Positions 47,117 to 55,895 of a DNA stretch of 64,000 nucleotides are shown here, in pieces. The notes beneath the pieces were generated by a model, which was not told the DNA's origin, ran no database searches, and saw only the letters and a program-made list of their open reading frames with translations. The stretch spans positions 3,818-67,817 of the forward strand of contig JAGOBM010000004.1 of NCBI GenBank assembly GCA_017983435.1, given 5' to 3'. The translations under genes were made by a program, and so were the position numbers. Position 1 is the first letter of the stretch, and the number at the start of each line of letters is the position of its first letter. The stretch is from Candidatus Moraniibacteriota bacterium (lineage in GTDB: Bacteria > Patescibacteriota > Minisyncoccia > Moranbacterales > UBA1568).

Positions 47117-47884
47117 TCATGCTTGATGCAGCATGGTTACTTGATTGCGACCACGCTTTTTAGAGAGGTAGAGCGCCTGGTCGGCCACTTCGAGGAGCGG
47201 ATCTATTATTCCGAGAACTTCGTCCCCTACCGCATCGCGCAAAAACTTGGCGGGAGTCACGAGTTGTGATGTGACTCCGCAGCTCAGAGTGATCCGGACA
47301 TCGCTGCACGCGTATATTTGTTCTACAGAGTGACGAAGATGATCTGCCATCGTGTGAGCGATTTTGGCGGATGTCTTTGGAAGGATGATGACAAATTCAT
47401 CTCCGCCGTAGCGACAACAAATATCCATTTTCCGATGGAATGTTTCCTTGATATGTCGACTGATGGTGCGAATTACTTTGTCGCCTGCCTTGTGTCCGCA
47501 TTGGTCATTGATTGATTTGAAGTGATCGATATCGATCATGATGACTGATATGTGGATAGCGGTATCCTTCGACTGACGTTCGCGTGAGATAAGGCCAAGT
47601 TCGATTTGAAGTGCCTCCTGAGCGCCGCGACGATTGAAAAGTCCCGACAATGCATCGATTGTCGCCCCTTGTTCGGCGCGTATGGCCCGGTCCCAGAACG
47701 TGATAGCAGTGAATATCGGCATAATTATGAAGCCGACCGAGAGAGCGACTGCGTAGAGCTCCTTCATTGGTTGCTCTGGAATCAGATGGAGTAGGAGTGC
47801 TAGCAGGAGAAATCCTGGGGTGAGCAATCCTACGAGTAGCACCATTACGTCTTTGTTGATACGCGTTATGGGCAGCGTTCTCAT
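47117..47884 (-). CDS. diguanylate cyclase (GGDEF domain) with two N-terminal TM helices
   Basis: LSGLFNRRG...IDIDHFKSINDQCGHKAGD...CCRYGGDEFVIILP, an intact GGDEF active site. Confidence 0.8.
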   Translation of the reverse strand: MRTLPITRINKDVMVLLVGLLTPGFLLLALLLHLIPEQPMKELYAVALSVGFIIMPIFTAITFWDRAIRAEQGATIDALSGLFNRRGAQEALQIELGLISRERQSKDTAIHISVIMIDIDHFKSINDQCGHKAGDKVIRTISRHIKETFHRKMDICCRYGGDEFVIILPKTSAKIAHTMADHLRHSVEQIYACSDVRITLSCGVTSQLVTPAKFLRDAVGDEVLGIIDPLLEVADQALYLSKKRGRNQVTMLHQA

Positions 47885-48028
47885 GAGACAATCCTCCTTG
47901 AATAGGCGTAGATTGGAAGTGCTTGAGTTGTGAAAGTACGGTTAAATATAATTATAGCATTTTTTTTAATATTAAGTCAAGTAAGTAGGGTGGTTGAAAA
48001 GGTGTTAGAATGAAGCATCAATCAGTCC

Positions 48029-49225
48029 GTGAAGACCCTCTCAAAAGCATTAAAACACCCTCCTATGCGTATTTCCTACTCCAGTCTCAATACGTACGAG
48101 ACCTGCCCGCTGAAGTACAAGTATCACGATATAGACAAGATCAAGGAACCGAAGTCGAAAGACCAAGTTTTCGGGACCCTAATCCATTCGGTGCTGCACT
48201 ATTATCATACGCCAGCCCTGCTTGCGCCGAATCTCGAGCAGGCGCTGGATTTCTTCGCCAAGCGCTGGAACAGCGAGGTATTCGAGAGTGAGCTCGAGGA
48301 GCGTTCGGCCTTCACGGAGGGCGTAAAGATCATCGAACGCTATTGTCGGGACAATGCTCCGGGAGATTTTACCATCGTCGATCTCGAGAGCCGCTTCTCG
48401 ATCGAGATCGGGGACGAGGTAGGCGGCCGGCATACGATATCGGGCATCATCGATCGGATCGACAAGACCGAGCACGGATACGAAATCATCGACTACAAGA
48501 CGACCAAGAAAATGCCTTCGCAGGAGAAAGTTGACAACGATCTCCAACTCTCGATCTATCTCAAGGCGTTTCTCGATCGCTATCCCAAGGAGATCGAGCA
48601 TCTCGAGACGATCACAGTGAGTCTCTATTACTTGAAGCATGGAGTGAAGCTCTCATCGACGCGAACACGTGAAGAGCTCGAGCGGATAGACCAGGAATTC
48701 CTCGCCGTCATCAAATCGATCGAGGAAGGGAAGTTCGAGCCGCTCCTCTCCCCGCTCTGCGATTGGTGCGGGTACCAGAAGATCTGCCCGTTGTGGAAAC
48801 ATAAGTTTGTGGAAAATCGTCAGCTTGAGACCGGCGAAGTGAAAGAGGCTATCGCCGAGTATCTCGATCTCAAGGGCAAGCTATCGGCCGAGAAGCTCCG
48901 CATCGCCAAGCTGCAGGAGACGATACTCGCCTATATGGAACAGGAAGGAGTCGATCGGGTTTTCGATGAGCAAGGTATCATCGGCAAGTCGCTCCGCAAG
49001 ACGTACAAATACAACAGCGACCAGCTGCGCGCCATACTCGAGCCGCTCGACAAATGGGAGGGCGTGCTCAAGGTAGACGGCATCGCGCTCCGAAATATTC
49101 TCGCGACGCTCCCCTCCCCGACCAAAAAAGAAATCGAGCTCGCCAAGGAGCTCGATCGGGAATCAGTCAGTCTATCGGTGAAGCGCGTCAAGGATATCGA
49201 AGGAAGCGACGATCTGGCCGGATAG
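48029..49225 (+). CDS. PD-(D/E)XK nuclease superfamily protein with C-terminal Cys cluster (Cas4/AddB-nuclease-like fold)
   Basis: IIDRIDKTEHGYEIIDYKTTKK (D...E.K core) and C-terminal CDWCGYQKICP. GTG at 48029 or ATG at 48065. Confidence 0.55.
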   Translation: MKTLSKALKHPPMRISYSSLNTYETCPLKYKYHDIDKIKEPKSKDQVFGTLIHSVLHYYHTPALLAPNLEQALDFFAKRWNSEVFESELEERSAFTEGVKIIERYCRDNAPGDFTIVDLESRFSIEIGDEVGGRHTISGIIDRIDKTEHGYEIIDYKTTKKMPSQEKVDNDLQLSIYLKAFLDRYPKEIEHLETITVSLYYLKHGVKLSSTRTREELERIDQEFLAVIKSIEEGKFEPLLSPLCDWCGYQKICPLWKHKFVENRQLETGEVKEAIAEYLDLKGKLSAEKLRIAKLQETILAYMEQEGVDRVFDEQGIIGKSLRKTYKYNSDQLRAILEPLDKWEGVLKVDGIALRNILATLPSPTKKEIELAKELDRESVSLSVKRVKDIEGSDDLAG

Positions 49226-49233
49226 GACTCGAA

Positions 49234-49866
49234 TCAGCGGACCCGTATGTCATGGTCCGAGAGTGTCTCGACGATGCGATCGGCGATGATGTCATAGCCC
49301 CGATCATTCGGGTGGACTGGGTCGCTCATAGAGCGGCTGTCCCCGAAGATTCCTGAGAGAATATCTTCTACGTAAAGTGTGCCGTGCTGTTCCGCAAGCG
49401 CTTCGAATTCGTCATCGAATCCCCCTCCGATGATGCCGCTCCGGACTCCGAGCAGGACGACTATCGCTCCCTGTGCCTGCATCTTCTCGATCAGTCGGCC
49501 GAGGTTCCGCTTGGTCTCATCGCGTGGGATCTTCTTGAGGAAATCATTGCCTCCGAGCGAGAGAAAGATGATACGGGGGTGGGTCCCCTCGAGCGCCTCA
49601 TCGATACGGACCAGGCCATCACGCGTGGTCTCACCAGCGACGCCGGCATTGATGACCGGATGACCGAGCTTCTGGCTGAGCTGGTCCGGAAGCGCCATGC
49701 CTTCGGTCGCCCCGACTCCTTCGATAAGACTATCACCGAAGGCGATGATATCAGTGCCCGTGGAGTCGATATTGGTGATCGGAGTCGCTCGGCCAAAGAG
49801 AAACCAAAACAAGACCGCGAGCACGGCGAGTCCAGCTAGTATGAGAGAGAGCGTGCGCTGGGACAT
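49234..49866 (-). CDS. SGNH/GDSL hydrolase family protein, secreted
   Basis: Signal anchor, IIAFGDSLIEG (GDSL), LSLGGNDF, DPVHPNDRG (catalytic D/H). Confidence 0.7.
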   Translation of the reverse strand: MSQRTLSLILAGLAVLAVLFWFLFGRATPITNIDSTGTDIIAFGDSLIEGVGATEGMALPDQLSQKLGHPVINAGVAGETTRDGLVRIDEALEGTHPRIIFLSLGGNDFLKKIPRDETKRNLGRLIEKMQAQGAIVVLLGVRSGIIGGGFDDEFEALAEQHGTLYVEDILSGIFGDSRSMSDPVHPNDRGYDIIADRIVETLSDHDIRVR

Positions 49867-49905
49867 GATAGAATAAGCAAGGTAATATATTTAAAAAATC
49901 TCCAT

Positions 49906-50259
49906 ATGCAGCAGTATACCGGCGGATGTCATTGCGGGAAAGTGCGCTATACGGTCGAGGCAGATATCGAGAGTGTTATCGCGTGCAATTGTTCTCACTG
50001 CGCAATGAAGGGACTCCTCCTTACTTTCGTACCGAAAGAGCGTTTCGTGCTTGAGTCTGGCGAAGAGCTCCTGACGGAGTATCGTTTCAGTAAGAAAGTC
50101 CTCGCACATCTCTTCTGTTCGGTGTGTGGTGTCCAAGCCTTTTCCTACGGGCAGAATCAAGAAGGCCATGAGACGGTAGCGATCAATGTCCGCTCCATAG
50201 ATGACATCGATCTTGAAAAGATCGTACAGGCTCCTTTCGATGGGAAAAACCTGATGTAG
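49906..50259 (+). CDS. GFA (glutathione-dependent formaldehyde-activating / CENP-V) family protein
   Basis: GGCHCGKVRY...CNCSHC...CSVCG zinc-binding Cys pattern of the GFA domain. Confidence 0.65.
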   Translation: MQQYTGGCHCGKVRYTVEADIESVIACNCSHCAMKGLLLTFVPKERFVLESGEELLTEYRFSKKVLAHLFCSVCGVQAFSYGQNQEGHETVAINVRSIDDIDLEKIVQAPFDGKNLM

Positions 50260-50262
50260 TTT

Positions 50263-50571
50263 TTATTCCCCTGCCCGCTGGAAATCCGAGAGGGTCTGTG
50301 CGAAGTCCTCGCGGAGAGCGTTTTCGATATCGGGGATAGTCATCTCGAGCGCAGCCGCAAACGCTTCCGGGCTCCCCTCGAGCGAGCGCTTGATGGTTTC
50401 GGTATGCTGGTCCGGTACGCGGAGCAGGAGACGATGGAGCAGGATCTCTGAGAAGCGCCCGACGACGGCTGCCTGGCTTTCGGCTGGAAGCGATCCGAGA
50501 CCGAGCTCTTCGACTATATGGTCGATATCCCCGATGACCGCATGGATGAAATCAGTAGTGTTATGAGGCAT
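50263..50571 (-). CDS. hypothetical protein
   Basis: 102-aa ORF, last gene of a four-gene minus-strand operon. Confidence 0.4.
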   Translation of the reverse strand: MPHNTTDFIHAVIGDIDHIVEELGLGSLPAESQAAVVGRFSEILLHRLLLRVPDQHTETIKRSLEGSPEAFAAALEMTIPDIENALREDFAQTLSDFQRAGE

Positions 50572-50956
50572 AGGCTGTTTCTGATTTGCTTATCTGGTTG
50601 CCGCGCTTCCAGAGCACGTATGACAGCGGCAGGAACACACCAAGACCCGGCACGACGGCCCCGGTCACACCGGTTACTCCGGAGAGCACTCGCATGCCGA
50701 GTTTGGATTTCGGAAGTGGCACACCCCTGGCTTCTATGCGGTCGATAGTGGTATCCCCTTTTTGGACCAGCGTCTCCATCCAGCCATTCATCCGTGAGCG
50801 GAGAGTGGTGCTGAATTCCTGTCCGAAGCGCGCGTTGTTGGTCGCCTTGAGATCGATTGCCAGGGCCTCGGTCGCACGCAGCATCTTCTCTGCCTGAGTC
50901 AGATTGGGGGCTGCTGGAGGTGTTTCTGCAGACGGTATGGATGATTCCGGAGGCAT
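50561..50956 (-). CDS. hypothetical protein with C-terminal TM segment
   Basis: 131 aa. Overlaps the downstream gene by 11 nt. Confidence 0.4.
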   Translation of the reverse strand: MPPESSIPSAETPPAAPNLTQAEKMLRATEALAIDLKATNNARFGQEFSTTLRSRMNGWMETLVQKGDTTIDRIEARGVPLPKSKLGMRVLSGVTGVTGAVVPGLGVFLPLSYVLWKRGNQISKSETAYAS

Positions 50957-51064
50957 AGAGAGTATTGATCAGTACGGGTACATGATATCACTGATCCAAT
51001 GAGAACGGAATACAAAAAAGCCCCAGCGATACGGTTGTATCAATGGGGCTTCGGGTGTTGCTTC

Positions 51065-51283
51065 TCAGTCGTCTCGCGCCACGAGGTGTTCGATTCCTCT
51101 GAGACGCTCGGCGATGATTTCGGGATGATTCTCTTCCATATGCGCTATCTGCGCGCGTAGGTCGTCTTCAGGCAGTCTATGTCCGCATCCGGGACACGGG
51201 ATCGTCCTGGCTTCTGCTGCTCCGGTATTTTCCATTCCGGGGTGCAGTGTCGGTTGGCTTGTGCTCATCCATGCATCCTCCAA
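51065..51283 (-). CDS. small CPGCGH zinc-finger-like protein, hypothetical
   Basis: 72 aa. IPCPGCGHRL...HMEENHPE. Confidence 0.4.
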   Translation of the reverse strand: MEDAWMSTSQPTLHPGMENTGAAEARTIPCPGCGHRLPEDDLRAQIAHMEENHPEIIAERLRGIEHLVARDD

Positions 51284-51302
51284 AAAGAATCTTCGACCAT
51301 CG

Positions 51303-51917
51303 TCAGATAGTCTTTTTCATGGGTTTTGGTTCGCCATCTGCCACGTACTCCTTGAAGGCAGAGCGGAATCCGTGATCAGTCCAATGTCCGGCGAAGAAAC
51401 CACCCGCAGGACAGCAGTCCCGGCGCATGCAGCCGACAAACGAGTTATCGACTTTGGTCGAGACATGCTTATACGGGAGAGTACTATCATCGCCATAGAG
51501 CGCGACGCCATCGCCCGGGCAGATGACATGTCCGCAGAGAGCGCACCGGGTCGCGTGCTGATGAAACATGAAGATCAAACATTCCGGGCACCAGCGATGA
51601 TGGTCGATACCGGAGAATACCGTACCGTAAGCATCGATACTGTAGGATGCCGGTCCATGGTGGCCGCACTCGCAGAGTACGGTTTCCGCAGACTGCTGCA
51701 CCAGGGACACAGTGTCGTGAGGTGCCGGCAACGATCCACGTTCCGGTCCGACGGATACGATGACACGTTCGCCAGCGGGCCCGACGACATCGGGAGTGGG
51801 CGTATGGATGACCGGATGATGCCGCTTAGCATCGGCTCGGGCATTCAATCTGAATATCACGATGACGATCAAGAGCGCTACCAGCGCGAGAGGAATATAC
51901 GACAGTGTATTGTCCAT
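51303..51917 (-). CDS. membrane-anchored Cys/His-rich putative metal-binding protein
   Basis: Start at Met18 (MDNTLSYIPLALVALLIVIVIF TM). Ectodomain rich in His/Cys clusters: KRHHPVIH, CECGHHGP, HHRWCPEC, CALCGHVICPGDG, GCMRRDCCPAGG. Confidence 0.45.
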   Translation of the reverse strand: MDNTLSYIPLALVALLIVIVIFRLNARADAKRHHPVIHTPTPDVVGPAGERVIVSVGPERGSLPAPHDTVSLVQQSAETVLCECGHHGPASYSIDAYGTVFSGIDHHRWCPECLIFMFHQHATRCALCGHVICPGDGVALYGDDSTLPYKHVSTKVDNSFVGCMRRDCCPAGGFFAGHWTDHGFRSAFKEYVADGEPKPMKKTI

Positions 51918-52085
51918 GGGAATTTCTCCTGGGAAATGACAGGTATTGCCCTGTCGTTGAGTAGTCAAAGAACTTCACGTATCCTCTTCTGCAGGATACG
52001 GTTGCAAAAAGCATGCCAGAAATAATATCAATTGTCAAGAATGAGCAGATAAAAAATCCATTCATAGAAGAGGATTTTTTTTGTT

Positions 52086-52122
52086 TTGGCTGAGGCTCTG
52101 GGACGATGTTGGAACTTACTTG
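52086..52122. repeat. ~35-bp 3'-UTR repeat, copy 1
   Basis: ggctgaggctctgggacgatgttggaacttacttg. A near-identical copy lies at 52481-52515. Confidence 0.5.
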
Positions 52123-52466
52123 GTATCAGTCCACTCACCTGAATTCTCATCATAATTGGACAAAGTGTCTCCCCCTACGCACATGCCATCCTCCACCGGA
52201 CCGATAAAGTACGCCACATCAACCAGCGTATTTGCTGCTTTTGTTTCCTGATAGTTGCCTGAGCGCCTGTAAGAAAAAAGCGAGACATCTCCTTGGTCAT
52301 CTACGGTAACCACTTCGTGCAAATAAACACCTTTCTCGTCTTCCAGCGTCCTGACTATTTCTGGATTTTCTTGGCCGCATAATTTTTCAATTTTTGCCTT
52401 CGCTTCTTCCAATGAAAGGAAACGTGGTTCTTTTTCGGCAGCTGGCATCGGGTTTTCAAAATTCAT
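52116..52466 (-). CDS. hypothetical protein
   Basis: 116 aa. Lies in a lower-GC segment. Confidence 0.4.
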   Translation of the reverse strand: MNFENPMPAAEKEPRFLSLEEAKAKIEKLCGQENPEIVRTLEDEKGVYLHEVVTVDDQGDVSLFSYRRSGNYQETKAANTLVDVAYFIGPVEDGMCVGGDTLSNYDENSGEWTDTK

Positions 52467-52480
52467 ACATTTGAAGTTAA

Positions 52481-52515
52481 AAAATAGGCTGAAGCTCTGG
52501 GACGAAGTTGGAGAT
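52481..52515. repeat. ~35-bp 3'-UTR repeat, copy 2
   Basis: ggctgaagctctgggacgaagttggagattatttg. Confidence 0.5.
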
Positions 52516-53174
52516 TATTTGATATAAGTCCAGTAGTCTCCGGATCCTACTATATCCAGTTTTCCATCGGAAATCCGTATCGCGGTTTGATCATCGGTAG
52601 CGTACACTGAGTGATTGAGCGAGTTTTTGAGTCCTTCCAAAACATCCTTTCTCACACGGGAGAACCATTCGGAATTGAGATGCGGGACGAACGAGAAATC
52701 ATAGAATTCCATGGGGTGTTCAAGCGTAGTACCGAAGTCTTCTTCCGGATAGATTGCTTTCAGTAATTCGCGAGATAGGTATTGACCCGCAACCATACTC
52801 CCCGCGCTGATGCCCATGTAAACCTTGGTATCCAGCATGGAAAGGAGGAATTCCTTCATTCCGATTTCCTTGAAAATTTTTGCGAGATATTGTTCATTCC
52901 CTCCACCAAATGAAATGATATCTGCTTCTTGCAGGCGCCTCTTCCATAGCTCAGGAGATACGGCAGCTACATCGAGGATATCAATGGATTTGAAGTGTCG
53001 TTTCTGAAGATTGACGAGATCATCGATAACCCAGCTTTTATCACCGCTTTCCGTATTTGCAGCTGTCGGTATATGGATTATTGAGAGTTCAGAAAGAGAG
53101 CGTCCGGCAAGCTCGGACAGAGCTTCAGCGATAACATCGTTTGTGAGACCCGCAGAAGTGAGAAGGAGTTTCAT
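52515..53174 (-). CDS. peptidase S51 family (dipeptidase E / cyanophycinase-like)
   Basis: MKLLLTSAG...GGGN...GISAGS (Ser nucleophile) layout of the S51 family. Confidence 0.65.
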   Translation of the reverse strand: MKLLLTSAGLTNDVIAEALSELAGRSLSELSIIHIPTAANTESGDKSWVIDDLVNLQKRHFKSIDILDVAAVSPELWKRRLQEADIISFGGGNEQYLAKIFKEIGMKEFLLSMLDTKVYMGISAGSMVAGQYLSRELLKAIYPEEDFGTTLEHPMEFYDFSFVPHLNSEWFSRVRKDVLEGLKNSLNHSVYATDDQTAIRISDGKLDIVGSGDYWTYIK

Positions 53175-53207
53175 AGATTTTGAGACTTTTTGACGAATTT
53201 GGAACTT

Positions 53208-53762
53208 TTATATTTCAAAATCCGCCTTTAATTTCTGGATAAATCGATGCATATGAGGATCAAAAGATGAGGTCGGAGCTTGTAATATTTCATCAAAAGT
53301 AAACCATTTATACCCATTAAATTCACCTGGATCGTATCGGATTTCATCCTGGATTCCTCCTGATAGGAGATACCATAGGCTGACATCTTTATGTCCAGCG
53401 GTTTTCCCTACAGTAGTGGTAATTGTCAGAAAAAAAGGATTTCCCCTAATAAATTTTGCTGTAAGGTTTAACTCCTCCATCGCTTCTCTTTCCACGGTTG
53501 CTTTAGGATCTTCATCCGCCTCTACATGCCCACCTGCTGGAAGCCAGAGTTCCGCTTTTATGTGGTCTACCAAAAGAATAGCTTTATTTTCAATATCTAT
53601 TACAACAAAATATGAAACAAGATGTTTTGGTGGTTTGTCGGGTTTTTCAATCCGAAAAATCTCTACTCCACTTTTAATCCAATGAAGGGCATCTTCTTGA
53701 TGAGTTTTTTCTAATTCATCAATCGGAGAAATTTTCTCTATCAGTTCTAAGTTCCGTTTCAT
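53208..53762 (-). CDS. NUDIX hydrolase
   Basis: Nudix box GGHVEADEDPKATVEREAMEELNL. Confidence 0.75.
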   Translation of the reverse strand: MKRNLELIEKISPIDELEKTHQEDALHWIKSGVEIFRIEKPDKPPKHLVSYFVVIDIENKAILLVDHIKAELWLPAGGHVEADEDPKATVEREAMEELNLTAKFIRGNPFFLTITTTVGKTAGHKDVSLWYLLSGGIQDEIRYDPGEFNGYKWFTFDEILQAPTSSFDPHMHRFIQKLKADFEI

Positions 53763-53857
53763 TATACGAAGAACCTGAGTTTATATATTGGCTTTCGTTC
53801 TCCTCAAAACGAGATACGAGTAATTTAAGTCTTTCCAACCTTTCTATTTTCATTTCT

Positions 53858-54058
53858 TTATTCAGCTTTGTTTATAACCTTCAAAACATCTCCCTTTCTA
53901 TAGCGTCTATCTTTTCTTGCCCCGAATCGGATTGCTTTCAGGATCCCTTTATTGTCCCAGTTGCGGAGGGTGTTCGGGTGGCAGTGCAAAATAGCGCACG
54001 CTTCGGAAAGTGTGAGGATGTCCGGCACTTCTTTGGTTTTTTCGGATTGTTTTTCCAT
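53858..54058 (-). CDS. excisionase-family / HTH_17 small DNA-binding protein
   Basis: 66 aa. LTLSEACAILHCHPNTLRNWDNKGILKAIRFG...RRY matches the MerR-like excisionase-family HTH. Confidence 0.55.
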   Translation of the reverse strand: MEKQSEKTKEVPDILTLSEACAILHCHPNTLRNWDNKGILKAIRFGARKDRRYRKGDVLKVINKAE

Positions 54059-54107
54059 CGATTTGGACTTACTATGAGTTTACAACCATTTGCACACATG
54101 AGCAAGT

Positions 54108-54413
54108 ATGAGGAAAACTAACAATACAGGCGAGATATTGCCGTATATCGACGAGGATATTCTTTTTCTTATCCTCAAACTTGCCGATTACCCATTCGGA
54201 AAGAAACGAACAATCAGCTATGAAGAGCTTCGGGGGCAACAAGACGATTCTACGTTTATAAAAATGATGCACGCGCTACTCGAAATGAGACATGCATTAG
54301 GTGGCATTGAAATACCTGATCTAAAAATCAATGTGCACTATTTCAGAAAGAAAAGGGGTCAGGTACCTTTTTATAAATGCTGGGGAGGAAGGGAAATCTC
54401 ACTACTCGGCTGA
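54108..54413 (+). CDS. hypothetical protein
   Basis: 101-aa ORF in an AT-rich segment. A competing minus-strand ORF 54072-54272 exists. Weak RBS. Confidence 0.3.
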   Translation: MRKTNNTGEILPYIDEDILFLILKLADYPFGKKRTISYEELRGQQDDSTFIKMMHALLEMRHALGGIEIPDLKINVHYFRKKRGQVPFYKCWGGREISLLG

Positions 54414-54540
54414 TAGGAATCGAGCCTGCGTTCAATAGGGCTTCCACCCTCTTGTCCTCGAAGACGAGGTCACCCCAAGCGGGGAAAACCTTTTTCCCCG
54501 ACCCCCTTTTGTTCGATCCCTTCCTCTCAATATAAAACTA

Positions 54541-54580
54541 AATCCGCGCCCAAATGAATCGGGCGCGGATTTAATTATTT
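54541..54580. terminator. bidirectional intrinsic terminator 3' of tRNA-Gln
   Basis: ATCCGCGCCC aaatgaatc GGGCGCGGAT perfect 10-bp stem with T-rich flanks on both strands. Confidence 0.6.
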
Positions 54581-54581
54581 G

Positions 54582-54653
54582 CTGGGGAGGAAGGGATCGA
54601 ACCTTCGCATGGCGGGACCAGAACCCGCTGCCTTACCGCTTGGCTACTCCCCA
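54582..54653 (-). tRNA. tRNA-Gln (anticodon CTG)
   Basis: Cloverleaf folded by hand: acceptor TGGGGAG/CTCCCCA, D-arm GCC-AAGCGGTAA-GGC, anticodon stem GCGGG/CCCGC with loop TTCTGGT (CUG), T-arm GAAGG-TTCGATC-CCTTC, discriminator G. CCA not encoded. Confidence 0.8.
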
Positions 54654-54907
54654 ATGGTCAAAATTCCTTTGAGTATTTCTCGTAGCGCTCTCCTACCAGA
54701 GGCTGTTTTGAAATACTGCTCTTTTTTTCTCGCTTCGACTAAGCTATCAAATTTATCTGAATATATCAACTCTAGTGGCCTGCGATGTCTTGTGGCTGCA
54801 CATTTTCCGGATTGATGTTCGAGGAGTCTCCTCTCAAGGTTGTCCGTGGATCCGGTGTATGTTTTGTTGTCCTTGAGACTTCTCAGGATATAGACGAATC
54901 CATCCAT
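54644..54907 (-). CDS. GIY-YIG nuclease family protein (88 aa)
   Basis: MDGFVYILRSLKDNKTYTGSTDNLERRLLEH matches the GIY-YIG motif. Its last codons ATT GGG GAG TAG are the first nucleotides of tRNA-Gln. Confidence 0.7.
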   Translation of the reverse strand: MDGFVYILRSLKDNKTYTGSTDNLERRLLEHQSGKCAATRHRRPLELIYSDKFDSLVEARKKEQYFKTASGRRALREILKGILTIGE

Positions 54908-55010
54908 AATAGAACCCGCTGCCTTACCCGCCTCGCGTCGATGAGTCCGCGAGTCGAGGCGGGCCGCTTGGCTTGCCACGTCTCTTTTTGAGACGGGCTA
55001 CTCCCCAATG
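54908..55010 (-). pseudogene. degenerate 5'-half copy of tRNA-Gln (nt 1-35) interrupted by two perfect hairpin insertions
   Basis: Minus-strand reading: TGGGGAGTAGCC + [CGTCTCaaaaaGAGACGtggcaa] + GCCAAGCGG + [CCCGCCTCG...CGAGGCGGG] + GTAAGGCAGCGGGTTCT. It then diverges exactly at the GIY-YIG start codon. Confidence 0.6.
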
Positions 55011-55138
55011 TCTTGGTAGTCGACTCTCAAAATCCGATGCTCGAAAAAGCCGGAATCTGAAGTCGGTCTGACAAAAACTATGATATCTGAAAAGTGAATT
55101 TTAATCAAGAAAAAACGCCTGAATCCCAGGTTTGGGAG

Positions 55139-55777
55139 TCAGGCGCGGGTCATGAAAGCCAGGATACGGGCGACACGTATTGCATGGCGGAGCTCTTGGT
55201 AGAGGACCCCCCGCTCTTTCGAGAGACGGAGATAGAATTCTATCGTCTCCGCGATCTTGCGGAGCTGCTTGCTGATCGAGCAGAAGCGGAGCGTGAGGAC
55301 ATTGTGTATCCGATCAGCTATCTTCACCCGCACGACTGCCGGTTCGGCTGTCTTGAAGGAGGAGTGATAGATGACATCGCATTCGTCTTCTGAGGCGAAA
55401 TAGATGGCCGAGAGCTTGGTCAGATGGAGGACATAGATCGCGAGCGTCGAGCAGTGATGATGCTTGAGGCGCGTATAGGTCCAATAATCGCCGAAGTGCT
55501 CGATGACATCATGGAAGAGCGCTGCGATGACCTCGTGGATATCGCGGCTCTTGAGATGTGTCACGACGATGACCGTGACAGCATGCAGGTGCGTCATGTA
55601 GGGCTCGCCGCTATCGCGGGTCACATCACGGAAGACGTATTCCATGAGATCGTAGGCATCGCGTATTCGGCGTCTGTCCTTGGCAGAAAACGATGTATGG
55701 TGACGGATGTATCGGAAGAACGACTGTTTGGTCCGGTAGCGCCAGAGGCGATACAGGAGCAATAAGAATTGCAGCAT
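55139..55777 (-). CDS. HD-domain protein (RelA/SpoT-hydrolase-like)
   Basis: EPYMTHLHAVTVIVVTHLKSRDIHEVIAALFHDVIEH carries the H...HD signature. Confidence 0.55.
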   Translation of the reverse strand: MLQFLLLLYRLWRYRTKQSFFRYIRHHTSFSAKDRRRIRDAYDLMEYVFRDVTRDSGEPYMTHLHAVTVIVVTHLKSRDIHEVIAALFHDVIEHFGDYWTYTRLKHHHCSTLAIYVLHLTKLSAIYFASEDECDVIYHSSFKTAEPAVVRVKIADRIHNVLTLRFCSISKQLRKIAETIEFYLRLSKERGVLYQELRHAIRVARILAFMTRA

Positions 55778-55895
55778 GATGACCTCCTCGGGAAGATGGG
55801 AAAGAACTGATACCCGATTGTAGCGGAATCTTCGTGGAAAATCAATACTCCCCTTTCGAGGAGTATACGGACAGTCTGAGTTCGATCGGCAATCG

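Noticed and set aside
51261-52025. 254-aa plus-strand ORF
   Set aside because: Antisense to the Cys/His-rich protein gene. The minus strand has the TM anchor and clustered Cys/His.
54072-54272. 66-aa minus-strand ORF
   Set aside because: Competes with plus ORF 54108-54413. Neither has a convincing RBS, so only the longer one is listed, at low confidence.
52000-54580. Intact prophage or integrative element at tRNA-Gln
   Set aside because: No integrase, recombinase, capsid or terminase ORF is present. Only an excisionase-like HTH and metabolic genes. Treated as a possible remnant, not a called mobile element.
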